This document shows, piece after piece, positions 1 to 13,119 of a DNA stretch of 64,000 nt. Source of the DNA: Massalongia carnosa. Lineage: Eukaryota. Numbering within the stretch: the first letter of the stretch is position 1; every line of letters begins with the position of its first letter. The translations under genes and the position numbers were made by a program. Under the pieces are notes generated by a model. The model made no database searches. It worked only from the letters and a program-made list of their open reading frames with translations, and was not told where the DNA came from. The stretch lies in NCBI GenBank assembly GCA_965645245.1, contig OZ287084.1, forward strand, positions 186,001-250,000. The letters are read 5' to 3'.

Positions 1-161
1 TATTTCCACTGTCTTGGCTCTACCTTCTCATCTGGTCTCGATGCGTCAGCTTGTCTTTGCATTAGATGCACCAATAACTTGGACTGCGGATAATTATGCT
101 TCATACTGGCCGTTTATGGGAGGGCGTGTTGGTCACGTGAAGGGGGTAACTCAATAATGTA

Positions 162-487
162 TGTTATTGATCTATGCCCTTAGAATAAGGTGGGCATCGA
201 CCTCTTTATCCTACAGACGTGTCTCCCCCTAAGACTCCCTTATCGGATAGCCCCCAGCTATCTGATTGGTCCAAATGGCTCCCGGCCCCTTTGGGCGGTT
301 AGTGCCATCCGACATGGGTTTCCAGCCGTCCCCCTCGCCAGCCGTCCCCCTGAGACGGCATGTGGCCGACAGCGGAATCAGCCCATTAGGGTCGGGCCGG
401 GTTCGGCGGCCGAGTCCATGCTGATGCCCCTTTTCCGTATCCTTCTCCGTAGTCTCTATGGCAGGTCCTGACATTATCCTCCCCCTA
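162..487 (-). mobile_element. Gypsy-type 3' LTR remnant with polypurine tract
   Basis: On the minus strand a purine tract (GGGGGAGGATAA, within 474-487) precedes TGTCAGGACC at 473, and the segment ends ..TAACA at 162. Same PPT/LTR layout as the Gypsy at 52116-52140. No partner LTR in the window. Confidence 0.5.
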
Positions 488-534
488 GGGCTCATGTCGC
501 AGGAGGCTTCGACTCACGTGATATCTTCTTTTCG

Positions 535-2765
535 TTGTTGGTGATATTCTTTGTTGTCGGATGCCCTCGTAATGCCAGTAATTCGAGCATAAGTAGCCAC
601 TTGGCCTGTCTATCTCCCCTCAGTAGTCCCCAATCCATGACTTACTTTTCATCAGTTCAATCCTGGGTGCATAATCACACGGAGCCTATTACCAAGAAGA
701 GAACTCAAAAATCATATTGGTTTTGCAGACTTTGGAAGCAAGATGCTGACATTAAAAGTCAAGGTTCAGGACGACGTGCTAAACGAATGCGGTTAACTGA
801 TGCTTGCTCTATAAAGCTGGCTATGATCAAACAATTTGATGAGATCAATGAATTGTTGACGGTGACTTTGAGTCGTCACGTCAACAAGAAGCTTGACGAC
901 TCAGTTAATCAGCTGCAACATAATCACATTTTGGAGGTTGTGGACAATATCAAAATCAACTCCGCCATCAGACTGACGGCTGGTAAAGAGGTGGCAAAAG
1001 GATATACCCCGGGAGACGTCAATCGAAACATGCAGGGCGTTAGATGGGAAGGGAATCTTGAAGCTTTGAAACAGGCCGGGGGGTCGAATTTCAACTTTCA
1101 AACCGTATACAATGCTGGAAGAAGCTTTAAAAAGCAGAATCCTGATGCACGAATTCAGGGAGCTAGGGAGTCATGGATTAATCAATTGAATAGCTGTTTT
1201 GATGCATTGCAGGCATTGGGTGAAGATGTTCTAGCTGCAAAGCTTGAAATAACTCGTCTCATTGATAGAGAAAGATCACATGCAATAGCATTTGCAAAAA
1301 GATCTCGGTAATCAGTATTGATGAACAGTACTCATAACACCAATCAGCTAAAATGGAAGTTATTTACATTGATGATTCGTGACGAATGTGGAAGCTGGAT
1401 TCCCGGAGCCCACATGCTGAGTAGTAACGAGGACGGTGACATTATAGGAGAGTTTCTTCGTCAGATTAAGCGATGGTCTAGAGCTTGGAGACTTCGATAC
1501 ATTATCACCGACGATTCTGCAGCTGAACAGCGAGGGGTCAGTCTTGCATTTCGAGGGTTGATCGACGGGGAGATGGAGGTTACTCATCTACTTTGTCGGA
1601 CTCACTCCGAGCGTACCCTGAATCGAAAATTGGTCGGTCCCAATTGCAAAAATGCAAAAAAGCATTTGTATGATGCTCTATATTTCAGAAAAACGGAGCT
1701 CGGATGCGATGATAGTCTCAAAAAGGCATTGGCAGCTGCCCCTGAAGAAAAACGTCAATATATAGATCGAGAATGGGTGCAGACTAAATCCAAATGGGCT
1801 AATTACGCACGTCAGCATTCATGCATTTTACTGTAGTGCATGACGACTAATGCGGTAGAATCCTGGCACGCATCTATTAAAAAGCATGCTGACGGTGAGA
1901 CTATTTCTTGAGCTTCATTCGTCATACTAATTAGTACTGTAGGTAAAGCGCATTTCATGACTTTTTCTCTGATCGGGGCTGCAAGCCATGTGATTCGAAT
2001 CGGGGATCAATGGGAAAATCGAGCCCGCAGCGAAGAGGCTAATTTTCGTACTACTATGACTCCCGAATGTCAGGAATGCCCATATCTTCGAAAATTTCCC
2101 TATCCCGTGCAAATGCTCATAGTTGATCAATGGAAGCTAGCCGCTAGAAGTTTAGCAGACGGTGATGAGCCGGCAGGTGAGCTGCCTGATGAGCTAATCT
2201 GTCCTGTAGACTGTCTATTTTGGCGTCAGTATCAACTCCCATGCAGACACTTGTGGCACTATAACATCGTTTTCGACGCGTTTCAGGAAGTCAATTGGAC
2301 AGTCTGGGCGGAGATGTTTGAGGATAGCGGCTTCGAGGTGTATGAAACGTCGACTAGGCTGGATTTTGATCATCACGAGGAGGTAGAAAGATCGGATCGA
2401 CATATGCTACAGATGAGAGAGGTTTTGGACGCAAGTAAAGACAAATACTACGAAATAGCCGAGTACACCGACCGAGATTGGGAAGACTCTTAATTTCACT
2501 AAATCGACCGTGCAGAGCACCATTCAGAAGCACTCAATTCGCAACGACGGCGTGTCTAAATCACGTTCTGGACGAATGGACTGCCGAGGAAAGAAATCCA
2601 CAAATAAAGCGATGGCTAGACTGGTTGGAGAAGTTGACTGGACCAATCAGAAGACGGGGGGTGGAGGAGGCCTTGCAGGAGTTGGAAGATGAGGAGACGA
2701 CGACGCTGGCGATGACGATGGCGGCGGAGGAGAGTAGGAATCGTCGGCGGGATGATGACGAATAA
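535..2765 (+). mobile_element. Mutator-like (MULE) transposase pseudogene
   Basis: MULE motifs M(D>N)STHNTN, IITDD, CRTH, TTNAVESWH and a SWIM finger CPVDC..LPCRH. In-frame stops at 1309 and 1834; 101-bp insertion at 2473-2573. Termini not resolved. Confidence 0.85.
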
Positions 2766-3029
2766 AGAGGGAAATAGGGGGGATTTTATTAGGGGCCGCG
2801 GGGAAATTTTTTTATGTGGGCAGCGGCGGGAATTTTTATGTGGGCGCCGGGGGGGCGCCGGGGGAGGGTTCTATGTCGGCGAGTTGAATAACTTCAAAAC
2901 TTGGCGACAGCAGGGTGAGTTGGTATGTAGGGAGATGTAGGTAGGGAGGGGTAGGTAGGGGTAGGATGCTTATTAAGCGGCTGCGCCAGCTAAAAGATAG
3001 GAAAATTACAAAACCTCTGAGTTATACAG

Positions 3030-3965
3030 TCACCCGCCATCAGTTCGGCTAATGATTAGCGCAAGCAGGGCGTCAAAACCTACCCCGGCGAGCCAAGCAT
3101 AATTCTCAGCGTTGTCGCCTTTCAAGCCCTCGTCAAGTAGAAGACAATCATAAGCGCCAGATGCTTCGTCAACAATCGCAATACTGCCTCTTTTAAACTT
3201 CATTGTCAGATAATGCAGGATGATACACAAAGTCTAACGTTTGTTACACTTCTGCGCCGATCTTGTTGTTATGTCTGAAATACGATGCATCAGTCAAAAG
3301 ATCAATCATATAGTCGACCTATTCACGTGATCTCATGCAATAGGGTCATAGATAGAGATCTCATCTTCGCCGAGCAGGAATCATCGAGATTACTGCACTC
3401 GATCTCTAACTGTGTGGTCGGCCCAGTCCATAGGAACAAAAATGAAACTTTCCAATATCAGGCATTGTGTATGCAGCTGTTCTGTCTTTGCAGCGATGCC
3501 CGAAATCCGTCTGATCGCAACCATACCTGCGACTATCTCATGGGCGTTGCTTCCATCCTACATATTGGCAAATACGGTTTTAATCTCATCGGGGTTGTCC
3601 TAGACTCAAACCAATGCTTGAACGACTCTCTATCCTTGACTCTGGCGGCAGCTGCGCCTTGTTTGACCAGATTACTCCATTCTTGGAATGCCTGATGGAT
3701 CTTTTGACCGTCCTTCTTCTGCTGATCGCTTTTAGGATCCCAGTTGAGCCACATGAACTCGTTTGTTAATGTGTCTCCGTATGGATAACTCGAAGGTTTT
3801 GGGTCCTCTCTCATGATGAGAGTTGTAGGCCTATATAATCTTAACAGGCGAAAGCCGAACTCAGCTAGGAATTTAAATCACCGTTAATAAATGAGGCTTT
3901 GCCAAAGCAATAAAGGTGATTGAGGCCGCAAGATTCAAAGTGGATAAACTAATATACTTAATGGG
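3030..3965 (-). pseudogene. Secreted M35 (deuterolysin/aspzincin-like) zinc metalloprotease pseudogene
   Basis: Stitched minus-strand frames read FKHWF..EIKTVFANM..C..AAYT..FHFCSYG..LDDSCS..SMTLLHEIT(H)..AYDC..NAENYAWLA, i.e. HExxH plus an NA(D/E)NY motif. Hydrophobic leader near 3900-3960. Frameshifts and stops present; the acceptor before the second His is not canonical. Confidence 0.6.
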
Positions 3966-4143
3966 ACCTATTTTAGATGACATACAAGGTATTTAAGCTA
4001 GACGCAGCACGAGATTGTCGATTAAAGTGCATTATGTAGAGACGATGTTCATTTATATTTTCATGACACCCGATACCAACAGGACAGATCGCCATTGTTT
4101 TACCCAGTACACCAGCTGATTTATTGTGCCTGATGCTGTGCCT

Positions 4144-7100
4144 TGTTGGAATACTCGCTTAGCCCCATTAGTTCTAGCTCAGCCCTGCAGGCTGCTATGA
4201 CTGCTGTAAGCAGTCACCTCCGTAGTAATTTCAACATTATGCCGTCAACTGTTCATTTAACAGGTTCTGAGCCCGGCTGCACTTAACTGCACCCTTTTTT
4301 AAAATAGTATCGATTGATTCCCTATCTCTCCTCCTTTATATCAAAACTACCATTCCCATTCTCTCTCCATTCGCTTTTCTCCCCTTGCTCCAAGATGGCA
4401 AAGGAATACCTCCCCTACACTTTCCCCAAGCTAAACGGCAGCACCAAATATAAGCAATGGGCTCGCGATATGTCGTTCGCCCTCAGCGAAGCCGAGCTGC
4501 TGGGATATATAACGGGAGATAGGATCAAGCCAGAGATAATGATACCAACGGACAAAGATGACGATGTTCGCATTCGGGAGATCAGGCAGAACAGCCTTGA
4601 TTTGATGGAGTTTAAGGAGAAAGAACAAAGAGTGGTAGGCAAAATAGGGAGAATGTGTTCCAAGGATGTGCAGTCTGAATTCCTCTTTATTTTGGGAAAT
4701 ATAACCATCATAGTCCCCCAAAAGCTCTGGAAACATCTGGCGGCATGTTATACCCTATAGAATTGGAGCTCGAAGTGGGCTACTTTCAACAGGCTAGATG
4801 AGATTAACTATGAGAAGTGCAAGTCCATCGAAGAATATGGTGCCCTGATAGAGGAGATCGAGGCCGAGATGATAGATAGTGCCCTCACCATCAATCAGAT
4901 GATCGTTCTCAAAATGTTGAACGGACTCGGATCCAGCTTCTCCACCTATCTCACCATCATCAACGAACATGCTCGCCGAGACAAGGAGCTCCCTGACAAA
5001 AGCAGCCTTCTTAAAAATCTGGCAGATGAAGAATCTCGGACGAAGACTACCACCGAAGCTACTGCCAACTTCGTAAAGAAGAAAGGAAAAGGTAAGGTCA
5101 CCGAAACAAGATTAGATGATAAAGATAAGCGTCATCGGTGTGGAAACAAACATTCCGATACGTGCAAATTCATCAAAACGAAGTGCTCCGGATGTGGAAA
5201 AATAGTGCATATTGAAAGAGCTTGCAATAACAAAAGGGGAAAGGAGAAAGACGATGACTCGGATGTCGAAAGGAAGAAAATCTTCTGCGTACTCACCACT
5301 CATTCTCCTCCTTCAACAGACTCCTTTGTCTTCCCTGACACCGCTGAAGAGGATGGCTCTAATATCAAGCACCCCGAAACCAATATTAACAAGACTTTCC
5401 AGACAAGGAAATCTCTCTGCACCATCAATCGCTCTATCTCCATCTCTAAAGCAGTAGATTTATTGATAGATTCTGGTGCTACTGACCATGCTCTTTGCAA
5501 CAAAGATCTTTTCGAACCCGGATCCTATCGCATTATGCCAAATAAACTGGAAACAGGCTCCGGAGAGGTGCTGAAAACAGAAGGAAGAGGATCTCTGTCT
5601 TTATTCTTAAAGAACGAAACAGGATGTATTCGAGAGTTTTTTCTACAGACTTTCTGTACACCCTGACCTGAACTTCAATCTCATCAGCACTGCTAGGCTA
5701 GCACAAAAGGGAGTGGAAAGCTTCCTTCGAAAGGCGGGAGAACTCTCCAAAATCTATTACGAAGAGGAGGTAATTGGCCACGCCAAACTGATCGATAACC
5801 AGTATGTTATCCAAACCACACCCAACTCTCGCGCTCTCGCAACAACCAAGAATATCTCCATCCAAACCTGGCATGCCCGTATGGGGCATCTTGATTATCA
5901 CAACCTTTTGAAGCTCAACCAACTAGCCACAGGAGCCTCAATCATCGGTCCCGTTCCGGAAGAAATCTGCGGAGATTGCATGGTTGGAAGGCAACAAAGG
6001 CTGGTAAATAGGAGCCCAAGATCTCGAGCTCCAGAATTCCTGGGAATCATTCATACAGATCTTGGAGGCCCTTACAAACCAACCAGGTACGGTGAGAGAT
6101 ATTTCATGACCATAAAGGATGAGGCAACGGGCGTCGTATGGGTATTTCTGTTGAAGACCAAAGGCCAAACACTTGACAAGTTCAAACAGTTCAAGGCCTG
6201 GATAGAGAAGCAATCTGGCCAGAAGATCAAACACGTCCGAGGAGATGGAGGGGGAGAGTATGTAAACACAGAGCTACTAACCTTTTTTTAAGAAGAAGGA
6301 ATTCAATGGGAGGCCAGAGCTCCATATGTGCCTGAACAAAATAGGAGAGCCGAACGGCAAAATTCCACCCTGATGGCACCAACGAGGAGCTGGCTCAAAG
6401 CCAAAAGGCTCCCAAAATCACTCTGGGGCGAGGTAATCAAAACCTCTGCCTACATCAAGAATCGATGTCCCGGCGTCGATGAAATCACACCATATGAGCG
6501 CCTCAATAATGAGAAGCCTACCTTAAGCCACTTAAGGATCATAGGTTCGAGGACGTGGGTGCATATTCCCAAGGAAAAAAGGACCAAATTGGATGATAGA
6601 TCTTGGCAAGGGATCTTTGTTGGATACGATGGAACGAATCAGTTTTGAATCTATGACCCTCGCACCGGAAAAGTTCACATCTCTCGTGATATACAAGTAG
6701 ATGAGCTGAACACCTATGACTCCAAAGAGACGAAGGACTGGGACCTAGCTGATGTAGCATGGGATGAAGAAGATGATGCTTGTTTTCAAGATCCAGATGA
6801 CTTTGAAGATCTGAAACATAAAAATAGCACTCCGCTATATCCGGCATCAAATTCCCATAGTTCATTGAACAGCCAACAACGATTATCGCTAACGACACCT
6901 CGAAATGAGTCTTATCCAATGGGAGAAAGAGCTCCGGAGGTAGCCAATGATGATACCAATCATCGAGACCAGGAATCTGAAGAATCTGACCCAGATCAGC
7001 CTTCAATTCCCGCACCAAGGAGATCCGGAAGGTTACGAAATCTTACCAAACCTGCAGCAGACACTATTCGGTACGATATATCGAAGAAATCGCTGCCAAA

Positions 7101-8050
7101 AGTGGCCAACGACGGCCATTTGGTAAACAAAGTTACCACATTTACCAGCACCCAGACCCCTAAATACCACAAGCAAATGGTAAGAGTCCTAGCTCTACTA
7201 GCCAGAGGATCGGAGAATGCTGGGCAGGATGAACCTGCAACATTGAGAGAGGCTATGGCCTCCCCCCACTGGGATGAATGGAGAAAAGCTATGGAAGCTG
7301 AGTACCGATCCCTGATGGATAACGAAACTTGGACTTTAACCGATGCTCCAACGGATAGGAAAACTATCACAGGACGGTAGGTTTTCAAGCTGAAAAAGGA
7401 TAGAAATGGAGATATATTGAAGTATAAAGCAAGATGGGTAGTCCATGGATATAAGCAAAAAGAAGGCCTAGATTACCTAGACACCTTTGCCACTGTGGTA
7501 AAACCTATCTCCTATAAGACACTGATAGGAATCAGTGCTAAAAGGGGTGTCTCCATTCGACACATGGATGTTGTGACTGCCTTCCTATACGGATATCTCG
7601 ATGAAGAGATATATATCATCCAACCAACCCTGTTCGAAGTAGCAGGGGGACAGCAGAAGGTCGGCTTGTTGCGAAAGGCTCTATATGGGCTAAAGCAATC
7701 TCCTCGTGTTTGGTATCAAACCCTATTGGATTTTCTCCAGAAGATAGGATTCAAACACACCGAATCGGATCATGGAGTGTTTGTTTCCGAAGACATGTTT
7801 ATTGCCATCTATGTGGATGATCTTCTCATCATGGGCAAAGACACTTTGAAACTGCAGCAACTCCAAGCTGAATTGAAGTCGCGATTCCAGATGACGGATC
7901 TGGGTGAATTATCGCACTATTTAGGCATCGAGGTAGACATTAGCAAAGATAGGTCTACTATCGCACTTCGCTAAACAACTTATCTAAAGAAAATCCTCGA
8001 ACGGTTTAACATGGCTAATTGCAAGCGTATTTCAACCCCCATGGAAGCAA
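4144..8050 (+). mobile_element. Ty1/Copia retrotransposon A (5' LTR, gag-PR-IN-RT; 3' truncated, degenerate)
   Basis: 119-bp TG..CA LTR at 4144-4262 followed by PBS GGTTCTGAGCCC. Gag KLNGSTKYKQW, LIDSGATDH protease, WHARMGH, HTDLGGP integrase, YKARWVVHG/YVDD RT. Stops at 4758, 6646, 7378, 7972. No RNase H or 3' LTR. Confidence 0.95.
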
Positions 8051-8059
8051 AATAACCGC

Positions 8060-8594
8060 AAATAGGCTCAGGTTGCGCGTCGGTATTTGTTCGTGACTTT
8101 TCGTGTTGCGTCTGTTGCGATCCGATGTACCAATTCGTAATGCCATGATCGCAATATCTAATGTTGTACCTCCTGTTTAGGGCCAGGCTGGAGACATCGA
8201 AGGCGCTCTCCCGCCATTCCCCCCCTGGGTTGGTATTCTAGAAGAAATAACTGCCTCTCTCGGGTTCCAACACCAACTCCAATTCCCGCGAAATTATGTC
8301 CTCTTTTATCTCTATTGGATCAGGAAAGCGCACCGCTTAGCCCGTCGCCGTGTTGACGATCTCGATTCTGCTTCTAGCAAAAGCTGCGGCGGGGTCGAAG
8401 ATCGAGCTGGTGGTAACGACGGTGATGCGAACTTGGTAGAGAAGCCGGTATTTGAGCCAGACTTTGAAGTCGCGCTCTCCGGAGAAATAGCAGAAAGGGC
8501 TGGCTAGAAGCTCCAGCTCGATTCGGGGCTGTACATGAGTCGTCATGGTCGTTAGCGGTGAAGTCCAGAATTCAGGAGGTTTTAGGGGGTGCAT
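8060..8594 (-). pseudogene. Unknown fungal protein pseudogene
   Basis: ORF 8594-8337 continues in frame through stops (..TATG*AVRFPDP..YFF*NTNPGGEWRE..RRYNIRYCDHGITNWY). No family recognised. Confidence 0.4.
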
Positions 8595-8876
8595 CTATTG
8601 CCGTTGAAGGAGGTGTAACAGACAAAGCCCAACAAAATTCGCGCCCTTGGTTTTAGTTTTGAATCAACTTGCATATTTCTATATCTTATGTTGAGATATT
8701 TTCACATGTTGAAAGATTGATTGAAATCATAAAGTTGTTAATTATAAATGACATATTAAAAGATCTTATCACGCATCAATCGAACGATTAATCTGTGAAT
8801 AAACAGCCGTGTTTCTCAATTTGGTAACTACTGCAGACTAACTCGGGCCAATCATATAGAAGAAAAAAAACCGCCT

Positions 8877-9663
8877 CTATTCCGCTGGTGCACTGATGCC
8901 GTCAGCAGGGGCATTCTCATCCGCACCCAGATCTCTTTTGAACTCGAAATTGGGCGAAACATTGACCTAGTTACGATACGTACGCACTTCGGATTAGCTA
9001 CTTTTCACCCGACGAGTAATCGGGCCATAACCAAGAACGATGACGGAAGGACGAAGGTGACCCACCTGATAGAACTCGTCGCCCAGTTGCCACCAGCCGT
9101 TCTTCCACCAGTTGCGACTGCATTGAGTGATGATGTTCGATGTGGCGTCCTGTTATCGTCGCAATGGGCATGGGTAAGCTTAGGTTCTCGGTTTTTATTT
9201 CATCAATCGTGTCGAGAAACACGAAGAAGACCGGAACAAGAAAGACAATGGGACCACATGTGCTTACCCAGCAGTTGGGGAAGTTACTCTGCACGTCCTT
9301 GCGGTAGATGTTGGCGTTGCCATCCTTGCTGTAGTAGGAGAGGGTGCATATTTGCTGACTTCCGCATTCTATCCACGATACGTGATCAGTCAAAGTTCCC
9401 TTGTCTCTAGTTTCTTCTCCAGCTTTGCCGAGAATTGTGTCTGAGTTGAGCTGGAACGGAAAAGGGGGAGAGGGGTTGTTGCTGCAATGACATCAGGATC
9501 ACAAACCGTTGTTACCACACATTCTCTGACGAAGGTTCCAGAGGTCTTGCTGATGACCCGATAGCCATGGCCGCATGTTGTCGTCATAGTTGGCGCAACT
9601 CGCAGCGTCGACCACCGCGGCCAGAAGCGGGAGGAAGGCAATTAAATTAGATTCGACACGCAT
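8877..9663 (-). CDS. Small secreted cysteine-rich protein, 143 aa, 4 exons (effector/toxin-like)
   Basis: Exons 9663-9507, 9368-9268, 9149-9066 and 8966-8877, joined by GT..AG introns, give an open frame: MRVESNLIAFLPLLAAVVDAA-SCANYDDNMRPWLSGHQQDLWNLRQRMCGNNECGSQQICTLSYYSKDGNANIYRKDVQSNFPNCWDATSNIITQCSRNWWKNGWWQLGDEFYQVNVSPNFEFKR-DLGADENAPADGISAPAE*. Signal peptide, 6 Cys, KR site. Confidence 0.85.
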
Positions 9664-10686
9664 ATTTCTTGCTCTTCTTTCCTTGCGGTGTTTGTCGTGA
9701 TAGTTATGTGATTGAAGAGTTTTCTTGACGAAGAATATGATATTGAGATGAAAAGAATCGAGAAAAGGACCTCTTCTTATGTTTTAAGTATTAAGGCGAG
9801 TCCCTCTAAAAAGTGTTTCGGCTTCTGTAATGATGCACTTACTCACCTTCTCACATCCGTAGCAACAATACTCAGCCGGCATCGTGTCTGTATAGCACAC
9901 CCCTGAAGTTTAGAACCAGAGGACAAAGAAAATGCCCCCAACCAGCCACGATGCGACTTTGTTCTGTTTCCTATCACGTCCTTGCACTGTTCATGTTTCA
10001 TGCATGATAATCCGCTGAATCATCTTTTCGCTCCGCTCTAATATCCATTTTCCATGTCGCTTAATCAAATATACGTCTCATGGCGCTCGTGAATACTCTT
10101 GAATAAGACAGTGTGTGTCATCGGCTTACCACAAATACTGCGTTGTCAGCACGCTTTGACAACTCCGATTCCCCACTCGTAATTCAAGCCATTTCAAGTC
10201 TTCCGTTTGAACAGCGAGCATTGGACTTGCTTGTTACTCCTGTGCTCACGTGTTCGTATGACAATGCGTCAACAGCCCTGCAAGCGTACTTATGACTGCG
10301 CAAGAGAAATTCAAGATCGAGAGTTCTTTTGCCGAAAGATCCTGTTGAGACGGGGTAAATACTGATTACATACACAAGCTTGCGACGACTTTCTTGCAAT
10401 GTCACACGTGACACTGATGACTTTACACGAGCGATAGAGTACTCTAAACTTCTGTACTTCGTACTGAAGTAATAAACTCTCCAACCAGTACCAACCAGTG
10501 AGTTACGGAGAAGGACAACATAAAGATATAGCGCCCCGCCGTATCTTATCGTTTCCTATCGTAAAACCTCGTGAGTCGATAGATCCTGTCAAAATCAATC
10601 CGGCTCGTGGTCTTCGACAAACATTTGTTGTGGATCGCGAAGCAGAAAACAAGGGAGGATTGACTTCCATTCGCTTCTATCGTGGC

Positions 10687-13119
10687 TAGGGCTAGGATAT
10701 GTATTAAACATGTTTATTGACTAACCCGATCGGGAAGTGTTTAATACGTGTCAGTTGGCCAACTGACAGACACAGGGATTAGCTACAGGGGGGGGGGGGG
10801 GGGGGGGGGGCGGAAGAAGCGGGAAGATAGAAAGTGGGGAAAAGATACTTTATTTTGTTAGCAATTTGCGTACAATTTTATGTATCTCCTACTCTACTAG
10901 CTAGGTGTTTATCCAAGCTCTCGTCGCATCACCAAATACGTTTGACTCGCCGGTCTTTTCGATGATGACATGGACGTATCAGATAAAGAGATCTCTTCTT
11001 GCAGTAGTCTATCCTCCATCTCACAAAGATCCGTCTCATTGATGTCGATGCCAGCAAACTGAAGCTTGCTTTTGAAATCTGTTGGCCGATTAAGAGTACG
11101 CTCATTCATGTAAATAAACATGAGTTTATCGACATTGATGGAATGTAGAGAGTTCCGACTTTTGGTCATGATCAAATTCATGACCGACCAATTTCTTTCT
11201 GCCAGCACCGAATTAGCAGGCAGCATTATTACCTTTCTAGCTATGTTGCTGAGATCAAAAGCAAAGCTTCTGGAAAAGTTCCAAAACAGCTCCGAATCCG
11301 TTTGATATGTCCAGCATTCGGAGGCAGGATAAAAACCGTCTTCTTGATTTCGAAAAGAAAGCCATTGCTTCATTGCCGACTTTGCTTCTTCAACGTTCAG
11401 ATATTCAGCAAAGAATCTATGCATGATAGAGAAAAATGCCTGCGACGTGGATACTCCAATCACCTGAATGTTATGATTCTGAGGAACCAACAGAGCTGCT
11501 ACCACATGAAGTTCAGTTATTTGACTGAGATATCGATCTTCCCAAACTATCTCTGCAATGTGATGCAAATCCATCTCAGAATCTTCATCCTCTTTGGCCA
11601 TTGTATATAGGTGAGATCGAAGCCTGTTCCAATTGGCAGTCACCGCGTACAGTTTATGCCCCTCGGCCTCGGACATGTATTGTGCTTTATGTATGGGATC
11701 AAGAATTTTCTGTACGATGGCCAGCTTTTTCCAAAACGAGAAGTCGTTGACGAATGTTCCTAAAGGATGACTTCTGCCCTGATCAATGCCCGGAGCATTT
11801 TGCTGAATAATCCAAAATTGCCTGCTTGCTTTTTAGCACCGAGTTCAAAAGGCCTACAGTCGTACCCATCTGGTCAAAACGTTGAGAATCAGTGCTTGAC
11901 GTTGATTGTATGCCTTTGAAAGTTATAAATTAGCAATGACGTTTTGATGCCGCATTGAAATTTCATTCCTACTTACCTTCATCTGAAAATTCCATAGAAT
12001 GGCCAATTCTTTATTCGATCCACGAAAAGCTATCACTATCGACTGAGCTTTTTGCATGATGTCTGCAATAAAAGGAAGCTTCAAAATGTCTCCCAAAAGA
12101 AGCTGTAAACCGTGACTGTCGCAAGGAACGACAAAGACGTGTCTCATCTCAGGAAACTTTCGAATTTCAGACCACATGGCCTTCATAGTAGAGCAAGTAT
12201 CTGTTCCTATACGATTGACTCTCCAGAGCTGATTATTGGTCGCTTCTCTACAGCCTTTTATCATCCACTCAGCTTGAACAGCTGCAGTCATCGTCTCAGC
12301 GATGCCGGCCATTGCTTTTAAATGAAAGCCCCCCCCTCGAGAGGTAGCTGATGAAGGGACATGACAACAGAGATTAATAACCCGTTCCTTCTTAATGTTG
12401 GCCGTTTCGTGGGTAAAGAAGTTGAGATAACTGCAGGCATCTAACTGCTGATTTACTTTCAGTTTAACCGTCTCATAGGCGTCGTCCAATAATTTCCCGC
12501 CAACGAGCTTATGATGTGGAGGTTTATATCCAGGATGCAGTGCTTGATGATGAGCAATCACATAGGGCTTTTCGAAGTGGTTAAACGGAAGATTGGTCAT
12601 AAAGACGGGCATTGCAGCAGCGCGATGAGCATGCGCAATTTGGGCTTGATTTAAGGGACGAATCAAGGGGTGATGGGCAATTGAATCAAAGATTTGCTGC
12701 TCCTAGAAGACGTCTCTTGCTGTCTTCTTTCTTGCACTTCTTGAAAGGCATTGCATGTCTGCAAATGCTGCTGACCCCTGGTAGCAACTTTGGCAGACTG
12801 ATATCCGCAATGCGTACAACGATGCTGAGGGTATTTCATGCCTTCAATGATGACATCAACGAAATTCTCATCTACCAATGCATTTTTCGGTCGACCGCCA
12901 GAATGTCCAGATTGTCGAGACATGATCAATGTATGTATAGAGATAATAGGAAGGTACCTCAAATTAGGTAGAAATGTCTAGTAATTTCAGGTATTGATCT
13001 ATGAGAAAGATAAATTTGACATGCTTAAGTAATATTATACCAAAAAGACAGGGTCCAAGTCTGCACGTGACGTATAATACGTGTCAGTTGGCCCAACTGA
13101 CGTATTTTTCCTAGCCCTA
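10687..13119 (-). mobile_element. hAT DNA transposon (degenerate transposase)
   Basis: 11-bp TIRs TAGGGCTAGGA (10687) / TCCTAGCCCTA (13119). Transposase 12923-10909 has a BED-like finger (CTHC..HLQTC), GTDT, CDSH and ANSVLAERNWS; first catalytic D reads H (FFTHET); frameshift near 12666. The 8-bp flanks do not match. Confidence 0.9.
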
